This document shows, one piece after another, positions 1-25,258 of a DNA stretch of 64,000 nucleotides. Position 1 is the first letter of the stretch. Each line of letters begins with the position of its first letter. The notes under the pieces were generated by a model that saw only the letters and a list, made by a program, of their open reading frames with translations, was not told the DNA's origin and did no database searches. Position numbers and translations under genes: made by a program. The DNA is taken from NCBI GenBank assembly GCA_020137815.1, contig CM035360.1, positions 2,170,001 to 2,234,000 of the forward strand, read 5' to 3'. The DNA is from Hormiphora californensis (Eukaryota > Animalia > Ctenophora).

Positions 1-94
1 ACATGTAGAATAGTCGATTTATGGGGGGTCTTCCCCGGGACAAAAAGCTCTAAATCCAGCCGTTTTTGCTCAGTTTGGTTTGTAAAAAGGTCGT

Positions 95-1800
95 GCGTAT
101 GTATGTATGTATGTATTATACCAAAACTAATTGAAATTAGTAGGCCGGAAAGGTTGCCTTACGATTTGAGCTACCTTAGGCACCGTAACTTTCACGGGGT
201 ATAGACAGGTTACAGATGCTTCGGTTATCTTCAAAAGGGAATGAACCAGTGCCAAAGGTAGCTCAAATCGTAAGGCAACCTTTCCGGCCTACTAATTTCA
301 ATTAGTTTTGGTATAATTTGCATCATTTTTGGGATTTTTTATCCATGTAGATTTAGTAGAATAGGTACAGAGAGGTTAGAATCGCGAAATTGAGAAATTT
401 TCATTTTTGACGTCATTTTGACGTCATAAAATGACGTCACGACGTTGTAACGTCAAAATTATGACGTCATATTATCGGGACCACCTAGATGAAGATACTG
501 ACCAAGTTTGAGATCGATTGGATGAGATTTGAGTCCGCTATAGCGAGAAAACCCATAACGTCATATCTGTTTTTAAACAGTCATAACACTTCCGACGCGT
601 TTTAAGACCCTTATACGTCTGGTTTTCAAAATTCACAATATAGTTTCTGAAAGTTCAGACAATTCTCTTTCCATGATATAGTCTTAAATTTTCGATTAGA
701 ATCCGTCTTCAGGGTGTTAATTGAGCTCAAAGAATTTTGGTTAGAGTCTGAAAAATGACGACTTTAAGACGTTCTGTAGGACGTTCCTGGCGATGAAAAG
801 GGACCCCACTACGACTAATGCACACACATCCAGTAGATCTACCAGCTGTGAAAAGATGAAGTCTCTATCTCTTTTCGTTTGGCGACACATTCACTTATAA
901 AAAGCGTCTCTCCTACGCGCGTGCGCGCGCGCATGCCTGTTACACTGAATTTAGGGCAAATGGGACCTGTCTGTAACTTCGGTTCCAGATGAGATAGAGA
1001 CTTGAAATTTTGAACTTGAGTCAAAGACCCCAAGCCGGGTATACATTCCAAATTTCAAGCCAAACGGATGAAAGGGAGCCACGCTATAGCCTTCTGAAAT
1101 CTGGATTTTCAGCCAAACACCCATAAAACGTATAACTGCGTTTCTGGCGGCGCTTTTTGAGGGGGGGGGGGGGGGAATGGCAACCTTTGCGCTTGCCAGC
1201 GCAGTGATGTATGTATGTATACAGAGCAAGCGTTTGGGACCCCCCTCGTAACTTTTGAACGAAACCATCGATCCACTTGAAATTTTAAACACTATTAGAT
1301 ATCATTGAGGTAGCTTTACATACAAAATTTCAGCGTGCTAGCTTGTCGGGAACATGGTTAAATAGACGCTCGAAAAGGGCGAAAGTCACATCCGTATGGT
1401 ATACTGCACTGGCCCCGAATCGGGCGAAATTAAATTTTCCGCGCCTGAGTTTATCCTTTCAGATTTGATCTTATAATGTTCTAGGATGACCTTAGAAGGG
1501 GTGGGATGGTTTTTCATTGCTGGGGGCTTTGCCCCCAGACCCCCATTAGGCCACGGGGCACTTGCCAGTGCAGTGATATACCGCGAGTGCACATATCACT
1601 CCCGCTGTGCGCGACCATTTGCACGCTGAAATATGCACTGTGCTTCCGCGGGAGCGTGCAGATATAGAGCCTCAAACTCTCAACGGTCCGACCGACGGTG
1701 GATTGTATTGTGTTGTTATAGCAGTGTGGAGAAGGAAAAACAGTCATGTGTAGTATGATTAAATTACCGTTAAAACGACCTCTAAAACTACCTCTAAAAT
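95..1800. mobile_element. Cluster of non-autonomous repeats, possibly DINE-1/Helentron-like
   Basis: (GTAT)n tracts at ~97 and ~1209; 63-bp inverted repeat 115-177/255-317; recurrent hairpin GC(G/A)CTTGCCAG(C/T)GCAGTGAT at ~1189 and ~1558; AGATAGAGACTTGAAATTTT core that recurs near 57425. No credible ORF. Confidence 0.35.
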
Positions 1801-2684
1801 CAGAATCACAGTTGTTGACCAATGACTATAGTTTTTATTCTCTTTTTTGGAAAGGGCGAACAACTCCAGTTGTTCAGTAAGGAACAGCTGGCCGCTTTTG
1901 TCCGGTGAGTTCTCGGTAAAAGAAGAGTGGCCGCACAACAAAAGAACCCACGGGCCACCTTGCTTTGCTCGACCCCGATCTTTTCAGGAGCTCCGGTTTG
2001 AACAAAACAACGGCCACCCACATCCGCAGACTATTTTATGCAAAAAACTTGATTTTACATGTATATAGATATCCAGTAACTTGCCTTGATCGACCCTCTT
2101 AACAAATCAACCAGGAGGCAGGAACCTAATTAATTCTGACTCCCATAACCTAAACTACCTTGCCATATAAATTAAGTCGAGTCACGGAAATTCCTTGTAC
2201 AGCTTTCCTTTATTATTAGTAATATGTGTAGTATGTACGTGTTTGTTTGTTTGTGATTGCTGCGTCTGGAGTATGTACGTGTGTCATATACAGATAATGA
2301 GGCCAAGGCTGTACAAATATATCAATTGATGCACATTCCTTGCATGCAGCAATATACTAAAAGTAATCAGCAACATATTGCTGCAATATAATAGACCCAA
2401 CTAACTTATATACATCCTGGGACGATATAGACCTAACTCTTAATCTGCCAAAGTATTGGCCAATGGCCTGACCCTAATCTCGAACACCCTGGTCAGAGTA
2501 TTGGCCTGGCCCTAATCTAAAACACCCTGGTCAGAGTATTGGCCTGACCCTATTCTTGAACACCGTGGTCAGAGTATTGGCCTGGCAGCCAACTTATAAC
2601 ATAAGTTGGGGGTTATAAGACATAAGTCATAACATAAGTTATAATTGTTGAGTAAGGGGTACTCAACAAAGTTATATATTAGGT

Positions 2685-2826
2685 AGTTCTCACAATCCCT
2701 TATCTCCTTCAGGATACGGTGGATTCGTTATATAGTTCTCACAATCCCTTATCTCCTTCAGGATACGGTGGATTCGTTATATAGTTCTCACAATCCCATT
2801 ATATCTCCTTCAGGATACGGCGGGTT
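2685..2826 (+). repeat. Three ~49-bp tandem copies spanning the Mos splice acceptor and first codons
   Basis: Unit AGTTCTCACAATCCCTTATCTCCTTCAG|GATACGGTGGATTCGTTATAT starts at 2685, 2734 and 2783; the third copy runs into the kinase exon. Confidence 0.9.
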
Positions 2827-3860
2827 CGGATACGTATACGAGGGTACGTATCGGGGCACCAAAGTCGCTGTCAAGAAAATGCACTCCAACCGACGGAACA
2901 GAATGCTCGTGTTGGAGAGTCTCAGAGCGGAGCTGTTTGTAGTACGAATGAACCTGTCTCACCCCAACATTGTTCGAACACTGGGTACAACTTCAAGTGG
3001 ACCCGAGGTCGATGACCTGCCCTTTTTGGTGATGGAATTCGCGGGGAGACGCAACTTGCAGTGTGTCATAAATAACACAGAGGAGGAAGTAATATCACCT
3101 TGTAGAAGGACTAAATATGCGGCGCAGGTGTGTCGGGCACTAGAGTACACCCACTCGAAAGGAATCGTTCACCTGGATGTTAAACCCGCTAATGTAATTG
3201 TAGACGATTCAGATACATGCAAACTGGGTGATTTCGGGTGTGCACAACGGCTAGGAGACAGCGGGAATGAGTTTACCGCGAGTCCGAGTATAACGGGCAC
3301 GACAGTTTACCGGGCTCCAGAGTTGTTGAGGGGGTTTTGCCCTCAAACCAGTGCGGATATTTACAGTGTGGGGGTACTTTGCTGGACATTATTGACACGA
3401 GAAGTGCCATATGGGGCTGAGAACTTACAGGTAATGGGTGTTAATATATCAGTTGGTAATTGTGTGGTGTGTATTATCGGTTTTGTTCTCTAGTCTTGCT
3501 TAGCTGCTCTTGATCTTGCCTAGCTCGACCCATTTTCGCGAGCTTTTACCCCTTTTCGCGAGCTTTTACAAATTTAAAGGAGGGTTAAAACATAACAAAG
3601 CTGCTCAAGTATATATAGTCATTACTTATTTAATAAATTGACTTAATCACCCCATTAATTAACCGATATATCTCTTTTACCAGGTGATAACATGGGGTGT
3701 GGTGATGTTAAACCTCCGTCCTGACAGCCACAACCTGCCCCGGGAGGACCAGGGAGAGCCAGAGTACAAGGAGCTGTACAAGGACTGCTGGGAGGCCGAG
3801 CCAACTAGCCGACCTACGGCTTCGGAGTTCCTGGAACGGCTCAAGAACATAGCACCATAA
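2814..3860 (+). CDS. mos: Mos serine/threonine kinase (exons 2814-3430 and 3684-3860; upstream exon not identified)
   Basis: GYGGFGYVY G-loop, VAVK, ESLRAEL, LSHPNIVRTL, IVHLDVKPANV, CKLGDFGC, GTTVYRAPELLRG, ADIYS, LLTREVPY; spliced C-terminus VITWGVVMLNLRP...CWEAEPTSRPTA resembles Mos VIYAVVAYNLRP; GT-AG intron 3431-3683. Confidence 0.85.
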
Positions 3861-4186
3861 CACACACCACCCACCTTGTTATTTGAGACACCACAATGAT
3901 ACGATAGAGCTGGGTGTGTATCATGATACACTGTGTTTGGATTCATGTGTGTGTCATGGTAGTTGTGTGTACAATTTATGGGACACCCTGTACAATCTCT
4001 GATATATCGTAGTGAGAGACTCAGTGGGGGTACTGCAGCTGGTAGCACACGTTCTAAACCACTCGCACGTGCTAGGAATGCACGTGACTCATAGTTTGGT
4101 TTGGGCCACTCATCTGGGACTGTAAACAGTCACACAGCCAAGTGACTCATAGTACCGAGATCACGTACGCAGTTCGGAGATATCAC

Positions 4187-4344
4187 GTAAAGTCGGATTT
4201 TTTTGAAGTTGTCACCCCAAAATGACCGCGCATGTGAAATTTATCAATTTTCACGCGCACACCACACGTTAACATGTGATGTGATGCGCAAAAACATTCC
4301 GCACACGAGAAGGGGGGTGACAACTTCAAAAAATCCGACTTTAC
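4187..4344. mobile_element. MITE with ~30-bp TIRs
   Basis: GTAAAGTCGGATTTTTTTGAAGTTGTCACCCC ... GGGGTGACAACTTCAAAAAATCCGACTTTAC; second, inverted copy at 7721-7873. Confidence 0.75.
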
Positions 4345-4644
4345 AACCGACTATAAATAGTCACGTACAGCTCCGAAAATGTACACAATAGAGTCAGCTG
4401 TAGCTGAACGGGACTGTTTATAATAGTACCAGGTACATCTGCACGTACAGAGGTACTACTATTAAGACCTCTGCACGTGATGTCGGTATAATACTCGGTA
4501 CCAGTATTGTGACACGATTCCAAGGATGCTACCACATGACCTTGCTATTAGCAACCCCCCTACTGCGGCTGGAGCACCATGTGGCGTCAAGTTTTTACAT
4601 TCTGTTTTTAAGTTTTTATAGTCAGCCTATCAAGGAGTAATTGT

Positions 4645-5021
<377 letters not shown>

Positions 5022-5854
5022 AAGAGTGAGTGACTGAAAGAGTGAGTGAGAGGGAGCGAGTTAATTACGGTATGGGCAATCTGAATTTGTGTTTATTGTA
5101 TTCTAGGATATTTTGAATTTCATTACGCATTCAATACTAGTTAAATGTAATACAACTCGAGGTACCTCTTGGCTCCAGGACGGATGTAAATTCTCTAAGA
5201 AAGATCTAGTCAAGCTGCCAAGTTATATCTCCGTGTTGTTCTTATTTCTGAAAATATGTGTGTAAGGTTAAAAGGGGGAAATACATATATTAATTGTATG
5301 TAATATTTTAGTTAAATGATTTTAAGGGAGATTATATATAAGTTATATGTACTAACGGATACATGTATTTAATTGAGTTGTTTTACATTTTGGAGAATTT
5401 ATTTAGTTAATTACCTTTTACCACTGAACATGATGTGTGTGTTGAATTCTAGGTTTTTGTTTCGTGTCTATCTCGACACCTTGTTGATACTATAATATAA
5501 ACTGTAGAGAACCAATACTGAGATCTGTGTGAGAGTTAAGTTATTGTATTTGTTCTATTAGAGTAACTAAAGAATTTATCCTTTTTAATTCGTTTCAACG
5601 TAACGAAAACTCGACTTTTTTTCTTTTAGAAACGCATCTGAAGCCTTAGAGAGATTGGAATTGGGAAAACACGAATTTGAACAGCTTCGGATGCGTTTGA
5701 AGTGTAAAACAAGAATCTAAAAATGTGCAATAAAATAAATAAATTACATAATATCTTCTCCAATATTAAAAAGTCCCTCTGGCATATCTGGCATCTCTCC
5801 AAGTCCAACTCCCCGTCAATCTGTCCAAAATTGTACAACAATCTCTGAACTACC

Positions 5855-17885
<12,031 letters not shown>

Positions 17886-19090
17886 GATCTTTCACTCCAT
17901 ACCTAGAAATAATAATAGAAATGTTTAGAAAATATGGACAAAACTATGCAAATTGATTTGTGCCTAAAACGGAAGCCGCAGGAGGCACGATACGAGAGAG
18001 TCTGAACAAGAATAATACGTTTAGTTGGAATGCTCATTGTGAAATGTGAGGAGGGGGTATTTCTTATTTTGTTCAAACCAAAAGAAAAGAGGGTCGAGCT
18101 ATGCAAGCTTGCCTAGCTCGACCCTCTTTTCTTTGGGCAAACGGCAAGCCGCAAGGTATTTCGGGTTGGCATTTGGCAAGTCATGACTTCGGGGAGAAAT
18201 TGTTTCTGCCACCCGTTGCCCGATGGAGCCTGCCAGCGTAGAGTAGAACATGTCGACTCTCCGTGGGTCAACCCTGACCAACGCGGGGGTCGGAACAACT
18301 TTTTCTACCACCGAGCGGACCGGCCACCCATCGCGGGCCACCCTTTACGAACTCCCATATGCAGGTCCCACTACGCGTACGAGGAGACTGTTGCACCAGC
18401 CAGATCTTGGGTTTTGTCTTTTGAGCGATTTCAGATGGTCTTAGAAATTGGAAAAGCGGTTTTCAAAAAATTTGAGACTTTCACAAAAAGTCTTTGGGCG
18501 CAAAAAATAATAAGTAATATTTTTTTGCGCTGCATTACCGAAATGCGCGTCGTAATTAAGTGTGCGCGCGGGCATATTTTTTAAAAAAAACTCAAAAACA
18601 GAAAAGCCAAAAATCACTTTCAGTTTTTTGATCTGATGAACTCTTTAACGTGCTAGTTGCTACAGCTGCCTTATCCCGTACTGTAGCATATGCCTGATGC
18701 CAAATGAACAATTTGCTAATGGCATGGGCTACAGAACCCCAGTACAAACGTTTTTGACGGCCTGATACACTAAGTGGGGACTGTAGCGTTGGCGAAAAGT
18801 TGCTGTTTTTTGCGCTTTGGTCCCACTGACCACTCCCTTCGTGCAAACTGCAACCTTATCATCAGAGGGGCTTCACTGTTTTCTCCTCAAGACGACATGC
18901 CCTTCGATTCTGCTGTCTGCAAATGATAACTACATTTGATAACTTTTAAGAGTCGAGATGATAAGAATCTTAGATCTTAACTTAGACCGAAACTTAAGAT
19001 CGAATCTTAAGATCGAAATTAAGATCGAAATTCGAACTGCCATTGTCATTATTTTTTTGCATTGGAAACAGGAAATCTTTTCTAGAAAAC

Positions 19091-20387
19091 ATGTTGGGTT
19101 TAGAGGATTTAGAAGATCAGTCGCGTGAGCTTGACAACAAAATAAACGATTGTTTGAGGCAGCAGGAGATCTTACATTCCAAAGAATTAATGACAAAGTC
19201 CAGAATCGATCACAACCGTGCTGCTCATATCAGGAAGCTTCGCGAGAAACTAAACCTGGTAGTCTGCAGCAGAAACAAAGCGAATGAATCCAACAAGCGG
19301 TTGTTGGCAGACTTTGATCGCGTCCAAAAACATCTTGCAATGATGGAATCAAAGACTAATGTTCTGCTGGATAAAGTTACGACACACAAGGCAGCCTTGG
19401 ACGACAACTATCCTAACTGGAGAGAAAAGGCCAATATGTTCGTCGCTCCAAACTACATCTCACAAGAGAACATTTTCAATATGTTGGACTCACTCCGGTG
19501 TCGACTAAATACCAATTACGACAGCACTCTACCAGCTCCAAAAACTGAGGTTAACTTTAATTCAGGGGAGAGTCTGGCAGCCATGCTAGACCCCCAGTTC
19601 GCCCCTACTGCAGCAGCAGCTGGTAAATCAGTATCACCCCCACGGAAGTCGGTTAAAAGTACTCCCCGATCCCCGTATCCTCAGAAAGATCCAGTCCTAC
19701 CGGTAATTAGTGAACGGTCAGTCCCCTCTTTACAAGCAGAAAATCCTCCAAAACTTGCAGTCCCCTCATTTGACCCCACTGCCGAGACACTCACTCAAAT
19801 AACAGAGTCGGGAGATGTTTCGTTGAAACTGGCAGATGACGACATTGAAACGGAAGATACTATCTCACCCAGACCTCTTTTCTCTTATCAACCTACCGCT
19901 CGTGCGGCGGCTGGGTTTGAGGAGTCTGAAAGCTCAGAGGGCGGGGTTGAGGACATGTTGAGTCCTCAAAAGATCGCAGCTAAATCAGCCGATACGACAA
20001 GAGATAGAAACCCGAGTGCAGACTCTCGTGCATCGGTAGATACAGTCATTAAGAATCCAATAGCTGTTGCTAGGACAACCCCAACTCGACTAGCAACGCT
20101 TACATCTCAGGTAGGATTATGATATTAGTATGCTTGTTGTACTGAATGCTCTAGTTTTGTTGTTGTAATATTTGTTTTTACCGTCCTATTTTCTGCAGAT
20201 GAGTCATGGAGGAGACACTGAGACAGAGAGCACGGCACCAATCTATACTCCCTCCACTGCCCCTGGGAAAAGAAAAACTGCACTTGACCTACTGAATGAG
20301 TCTTCAGAGTCGGAAGCAATTCAGGCAGCAGTGCCAAAAAACAAGGAGTCGGAGGATAGTGAAGATGACTTTGACTTTTTTGATTAA
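19091..20387 (+). CDS. KIZ: Centrosomal protein Kizuna-like (exons 19091-20110, 20199-20387)
   Basis: N-terminal coiled coil with KANESNKRLLADFDRVQKHL (cf. KIZ KAHTRNQEYLKRFERVQAHV), a disordered S/P middle, and an acidic tail ESSESEAIQAAVP...EDDFDFFD (cf. KIZ ...DDSDDFYD). Confidence 0.7.
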
Positions 20388-20795
20388 TTTTTGGGATTTA
20401 TTGGAAACTGATTAGATTATTATATAGGGTGTATTTTTTGAGGTCAGTCTCGTTTTTGATGTATGTGATTTTAGCCGATCTACTTAATGTGCTCGTTACA
20501 CTGTTACGATTAATGTCGGAGACTACATATCATAATTGTTATACAGAGAGGGAAAGGGAGAGAGAGGGAAAAAGAAGAGAGAACAGAAAACGTCAAGAAA
20601 TAGACGGAATGAGAGATAGTACGGTTAGCGCTATACCTTCATGATGATGATCTTACATGCTCTCTTAACTATTTTTCGGCTTTCCTTGTTACGACATCAT
20701 TAATATTATTCACCAGAAACAAGATTATACACCAAATCATCAGAACCACTATAATTTTAACCATTTGATCCCACAGTGTATAGGGATGATAAGAA

Positions 20796-22167
20796 ATGGA
20801 TGAGGAGGCGATCCAGCAGCTCTACTCGTGGATCGATGAGATCACCCTCTCTCGGCCAAAACGAAACATTACCCGAGATTTTAGTGATGGAGGTAAGATA
20901 ATGGAGATGTTGTTCAGTGTTGTGCCAGCCCTAGTGGGCTGGGGGCACCGTCCACGGTGGATGAAGATGGCACCCAACTGCAAGCCATCATAATAAAGAG
21001 TAGCAAATGTTATGATAATCTTGTCCCATTATTCAGTGATTAGTAAAATAAATAATAATTGAAACTCAAAGATAACTTACAACTTTGTCCCGTAATACAG
21101 TTTTGGCTGCGGAAATAGTGGGACATTTTCTACCGGACCTTGTTGAGATTCATAACTACACACCTGCAAACAGCTCACAACAAAAACGAACGAATTGGGA
21201 AACTTTAAACAGTGAGTGAGTTTTTATGGTTAAAATTACATGACCTTCGTTAAATAAATAGTTAATTAAAATAATTAAAAACTAAAATTACAGGGAAGGT
21301 ATTTAAAAGGATAGATTTCAATGTTCCCAGTAACATTGTCAGTGGTATAGTTATGTGTAAACCTGGCGTCATCGAGATAGTCCTTTACAACCTACGAGTC
21401 AAGGTTAGTTTATATCTGGAGTTATAACTGCTTCCGAGTTCTTCCTTTGACCATTTGTTCCCAAGATTACTGCAATGGTTTTATCGAACATTTTTTTTCG
21501 TTATTTTACCATTTTCCCTCCAAACTGTTTTTTAATACCCCCATCGCCTCTCCGGTAGATTTTGAACTTTAAGAAAAACACGGAGGGTGATAGCGAGTTT
21601 AGTGATGCGGTAACGGAACCAGAGCCGTGGTCAGGTAACACAGGTAACCCAGCTGTTGCTGTTCCTGTCGCTGTTCCACCTCAGTACTACCCAGGTACAA
21701 CATGACTTAATTTTACCTGTATATCTTTCTTTTATATGTTCCAATCTATCTTACTTTGACTTGTATATATATGATATCTTTCTTCCTATCTTTCTTCTAA
21801 CCTCCTATCTTTCTGTTTCTATCACTGCTTGAGTTCTTGAATCATGTAATTGCGTGGAAGTCTTTCTTTCTTTCTGCCTCAAACACTGCTTGTACAATGT
21901 ACATTCTTGGGCAATCTTGGCCACCTGCTGCTATGTGTTAAGGCTGTGTAACCCACTCTCTCTCCCACTCTCTCTCCCTCGCTATCTCTCCCTCTAAATT
22001 CCTTTTTTCTCTCTCTCCTTTCCTTCTTTAGCTAGTGTATTGTTTCCTAGTTGTCATAGCAACCCTCGGTTGCTGCAGTAATGGGGGGATAAAATTAGAA
22101 GCATGCGCTATTTAGCTTCCTCTATGCCTACTGTTTGATCTCTAAGCAGTAGGTATCTGTCTATTCT

Positions 22168-22199
<32 letters not shown>

Positions 22200-24609
22200 T
22201 TCGCTCTATCTCTATCTCTCCCTCCGTTTCTCTCTCCAATTAATCTACCATTTCAGGTGTCATTGCCCAGCCAGGTGGCTATCCTGCTGCAACACAGCCC
22301 TACCATCAGCCATTTCCTCCCCAATTCCAGCAACCTCAACAGAAACAGGTATTGGCAATGTTCCAAATGGTATTTAGCATTTTAGTAACTCTATGGAGCG
22401 AGAGAGAGAGAGAGAGGGGGGGGGGTATATGTAGAACTGGTCGCTATGACAACTTAAATCCCACAATGACACCCTGATTCGAAAATCCATCAAACTTTTA
22501 TTATTTCTAGGAGGGCTATGCTGCGCAATATTCGGTAATTACATTGTTACAGTGGTCTTTTTGTGGCGTGTGCAATTGTAAAACTACTGCTTGTCACAAA
22601 TATACTACTTTATCATCATCATTTAACGTGACGTAACAACACGTCATGTAACAAGCATTGTCAATGGTGATGTGTGGTGTTTTGGTTCTCTTTTCAGTCA
22701 CTCATGTCTCATGGTACAGTGTAATCCCATTATATTCGAAATCATGAATCGCTACAGCTGTTACACAAATCCTGATCGCCACCGTTCACTAGTTTGTGAA
22801 ATTCATTCTACTCACATGACACACATGAGAGAATACAGAGAAAGAACCATCACTGTGGTCCATTATCAGTTAGAGTTTTACTGTTGATGGGATCCCATTA
22901 ATGGGATGCCATTCAGTTAGAGTTTCCCCTAACACAACTTCATTTCGATCTAATGAATCCTCACTTAGTCACCTCTCAGACACCACAGCGAGTTATGCAG
23001 CAGGCTGCACCACCACAGAGAATCATGCAGCAGGCTGCACCAACACAACGAGTTATGCAGCAGGCTGCACCCCCACAGCGAGTTATGCAGCAGGCTGCAC
23101 CACCACAGAGAATCATGCAGGCTGCACCACCACAACGAGTTATGCAGCAGGCTGCACCACCACAACGAGTTATGCAGGGGAGAAAGAGAATGTCACAACA
23201 GGGCGGCACAATATCACCCCAGGTCATTCAAACTACCTCCAACTACACTGTCATCTCACAGGTATAATATCCAGCAATGATAATCACATCACATAATCAT
23301 ACTTCTGTGTGACAATATATAATAGACAAATCCCAGCGTTCACTTGGTTACGAAATAACCCTTCACGCGCGGGAGGGGTTATTTCGTTACCAAAGCTTTC
23401 ACGAAAACGGTGTCATCTCAATGAATCATAGTTCACTAAGTAGAGCTGTTGTTATATACCAGCTGGCATTATCTTCTCCTTTTGCTAGCCTTTGAGTTGA
23501 TCTTTCTCAATCCTCTTCTGTAACCTGTCTGGCGGCGCCAGACCCCATTTGATTCTCAACTGACAGTGTACTCAGATGGGGTCGCGGCGCCAGACAGTCT
23601 GTGACCGACCTATTGACAAGCTCACCGTTATAATTTCTCCAACAGGGTCATAACAACGGCACGTCAGGACTGGCAACTATTCCCTTCGAAGGAGAAAAGG
23701 GTTAGTAATTAGCGTCAAAATTTTTGTCTCTTTTTTAGATTATAATTTGCTTACTGATGTTTCCTTGATTCAGTTAAGAAGAAGACACCAAAGAAAAAGG
23801 CAACGAAGGGCCAAGGGAACGCTCAAAACATCGCCGGGTAAGACTGCGCGCAGTCGCCGAATGTCGCGCAAAAGTGAAAAGCACATATTTCAGCAATCAG
23901 TTTCTACTCTGAAAGTCCTTTATTTCTCATCTCTTGCCCCATTTTCAGAGCTGAACGGTCGAGATCCATGCCGAATTCGTTTGCCCATTTGGACCATGAG
24001 TCCAGGATATTTCTACAAGAGAAGGAACAGCAACTCATGCAGAGTCAAGAAGTTATTCAGGTAGATTTTACAACTGGGCTTACAATTAGACAATTGCACA
24101 GGCATGTAGGGGAAGTTTTGAAAGTGGTGGGGCCAATTTTTTTTGGTCACGTAATATGACATACACTGACTTTTCTATTGAAAATTTGAATAAATCGGGC
24201 GAAGCGACAGCGGAGCCCGAGAAAATTTTTCGGTTTTTAGGCCAAAAAGTCATAGTTTTTGTCTAATCATGAAAAGTACCGGGGCCATTTCCTGAAAAGT
24301 ACTGGGGCCATGGCGTACCCTGCCCCCCTTCCCCTACATGCGTGCAATTGCAATCTTGACTTATATTAGCATTTAGCTAGAAATTAAAGCCCTACTCCAA
24401 ACTCCTTACTATTTTAGCTTTAGTAGTAGGTACCTATGGATATACCTAGAATTACAAACATGCTAACTCAGTAACTCATTCGAAAATTTCAGATTCTCCA
24501 AAGCAAGATATCTCGATTGGAGCATCTTCTACAACTAAAAGATCTGAGGATAGAGGATTTGAGTATGAAGTTACAGACAATGGGCGGAGGAGCCCCTCGG
24601 GGTAGATGA
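20796..24609 (+). CDS. SPEF1: Sperm flagellar protein 1 (CLAMP), multi-exon
   Basis: CH domain LYSWIDEITLSRPKRNITRDFSDG-VLAAEIVGHF-VEIHNYTPANS-NWETLNRKVF; C-terminal coil LQEKEQQL...ILQSKISRLEHLLQLKDLRIEDL; TGA 24607-24609. Confidence 0.95.
23344..23393. mobile_element. Tiny TTGGT...ACCAA TIR element (family also at 6548-6595, 41106-41211, 45767-45834, 50274-50345, 51227-51295)
   Basis: Inverted termini and 9-bp flanking direct repeats; perfect AGTAATTCG at 45767 and CTTCCCTAA at 50274. Confidence 0.8.
24099..24344. mobile_element. hAT-type MITE in a SPEF1 intron
   Basis: TIR CAGGCATGTAGGGGAAG/CTTCCCCTACATGCGTG; 8-bp TSD CAATTGCA. Confidence 0.88.
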
Positions 24610-24913
24610 GCAACAAAACAGAGAATTCATTGTAGTTTTATGGTTGTGTGATGACAACAGATTTGTGCGAGAACTGTGATAGTGTGTGTATTATACAGAG
24701 TTAGGGCTGACGTAATACAATTTACCGGAGAATCAAGTTTTTAAAACGTTTCTTTGTGCGTTTTGTACAGAATCTTATGTGAATTATATCCTCCGCACAA
24801 AATGACCTGTTTATTATTTTGGAGGTCGGAGGGGCCGGGAATGGTATGGTATTGATACTGGTGAAGTTGACGTGATACCAGTGTTGACGGCGAATACAGA
24901 GAGGGGCGATATG

Positions 24914-25258
24914 CTTGACATGTTCGCAGTCTGTCGGCTCTCACACCGGGCCAAAGCGCTTAACGTGCCGAACAGACAGACTGCGTAGCATGGCAACGAT
25001 ATGTCCTAGGTGATCAGGACGAGCGTAGCGAGGCTTTACAACGTAATTTATTGCTTGGCTCCATTGCAACCTATTCTCGCTCTGTATGTGAGATCGATCT
25101 CGGTCGCTGCGCGACCTCGATCTCACTCAGGCATCAATGTGGCCAAATTTATTGCCATGCTACGCAGTCTGTCCATGTCTGTTCGGCACTTTAAGCTCGG
25201 TACTTTAAGCTCGCCCTTCGGGCTCGCGTGAGAGCTGACAGACGAGGAACATGTCAGG
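24914..25258. mobile_element. Foldback-type MITE
   Basis: Imperfect long inverted arms (TGACATGTTC..GTCTGTC.GCTCTCAC / GTGAGAGCTGACAGAC..GAACATGTCA; inner GACTGCGTAGCATGGCAA / TTGCCATGCTACGCAGTC). Confidence 0.65.

Noticed and set aside
2768-2813. ORF-track N-terminus MDSLYSSHNPIISPS of Mos
   Set aside because: GTG start inside the tandem repeat; the sequence reads as intron ending in CCTTCAG.
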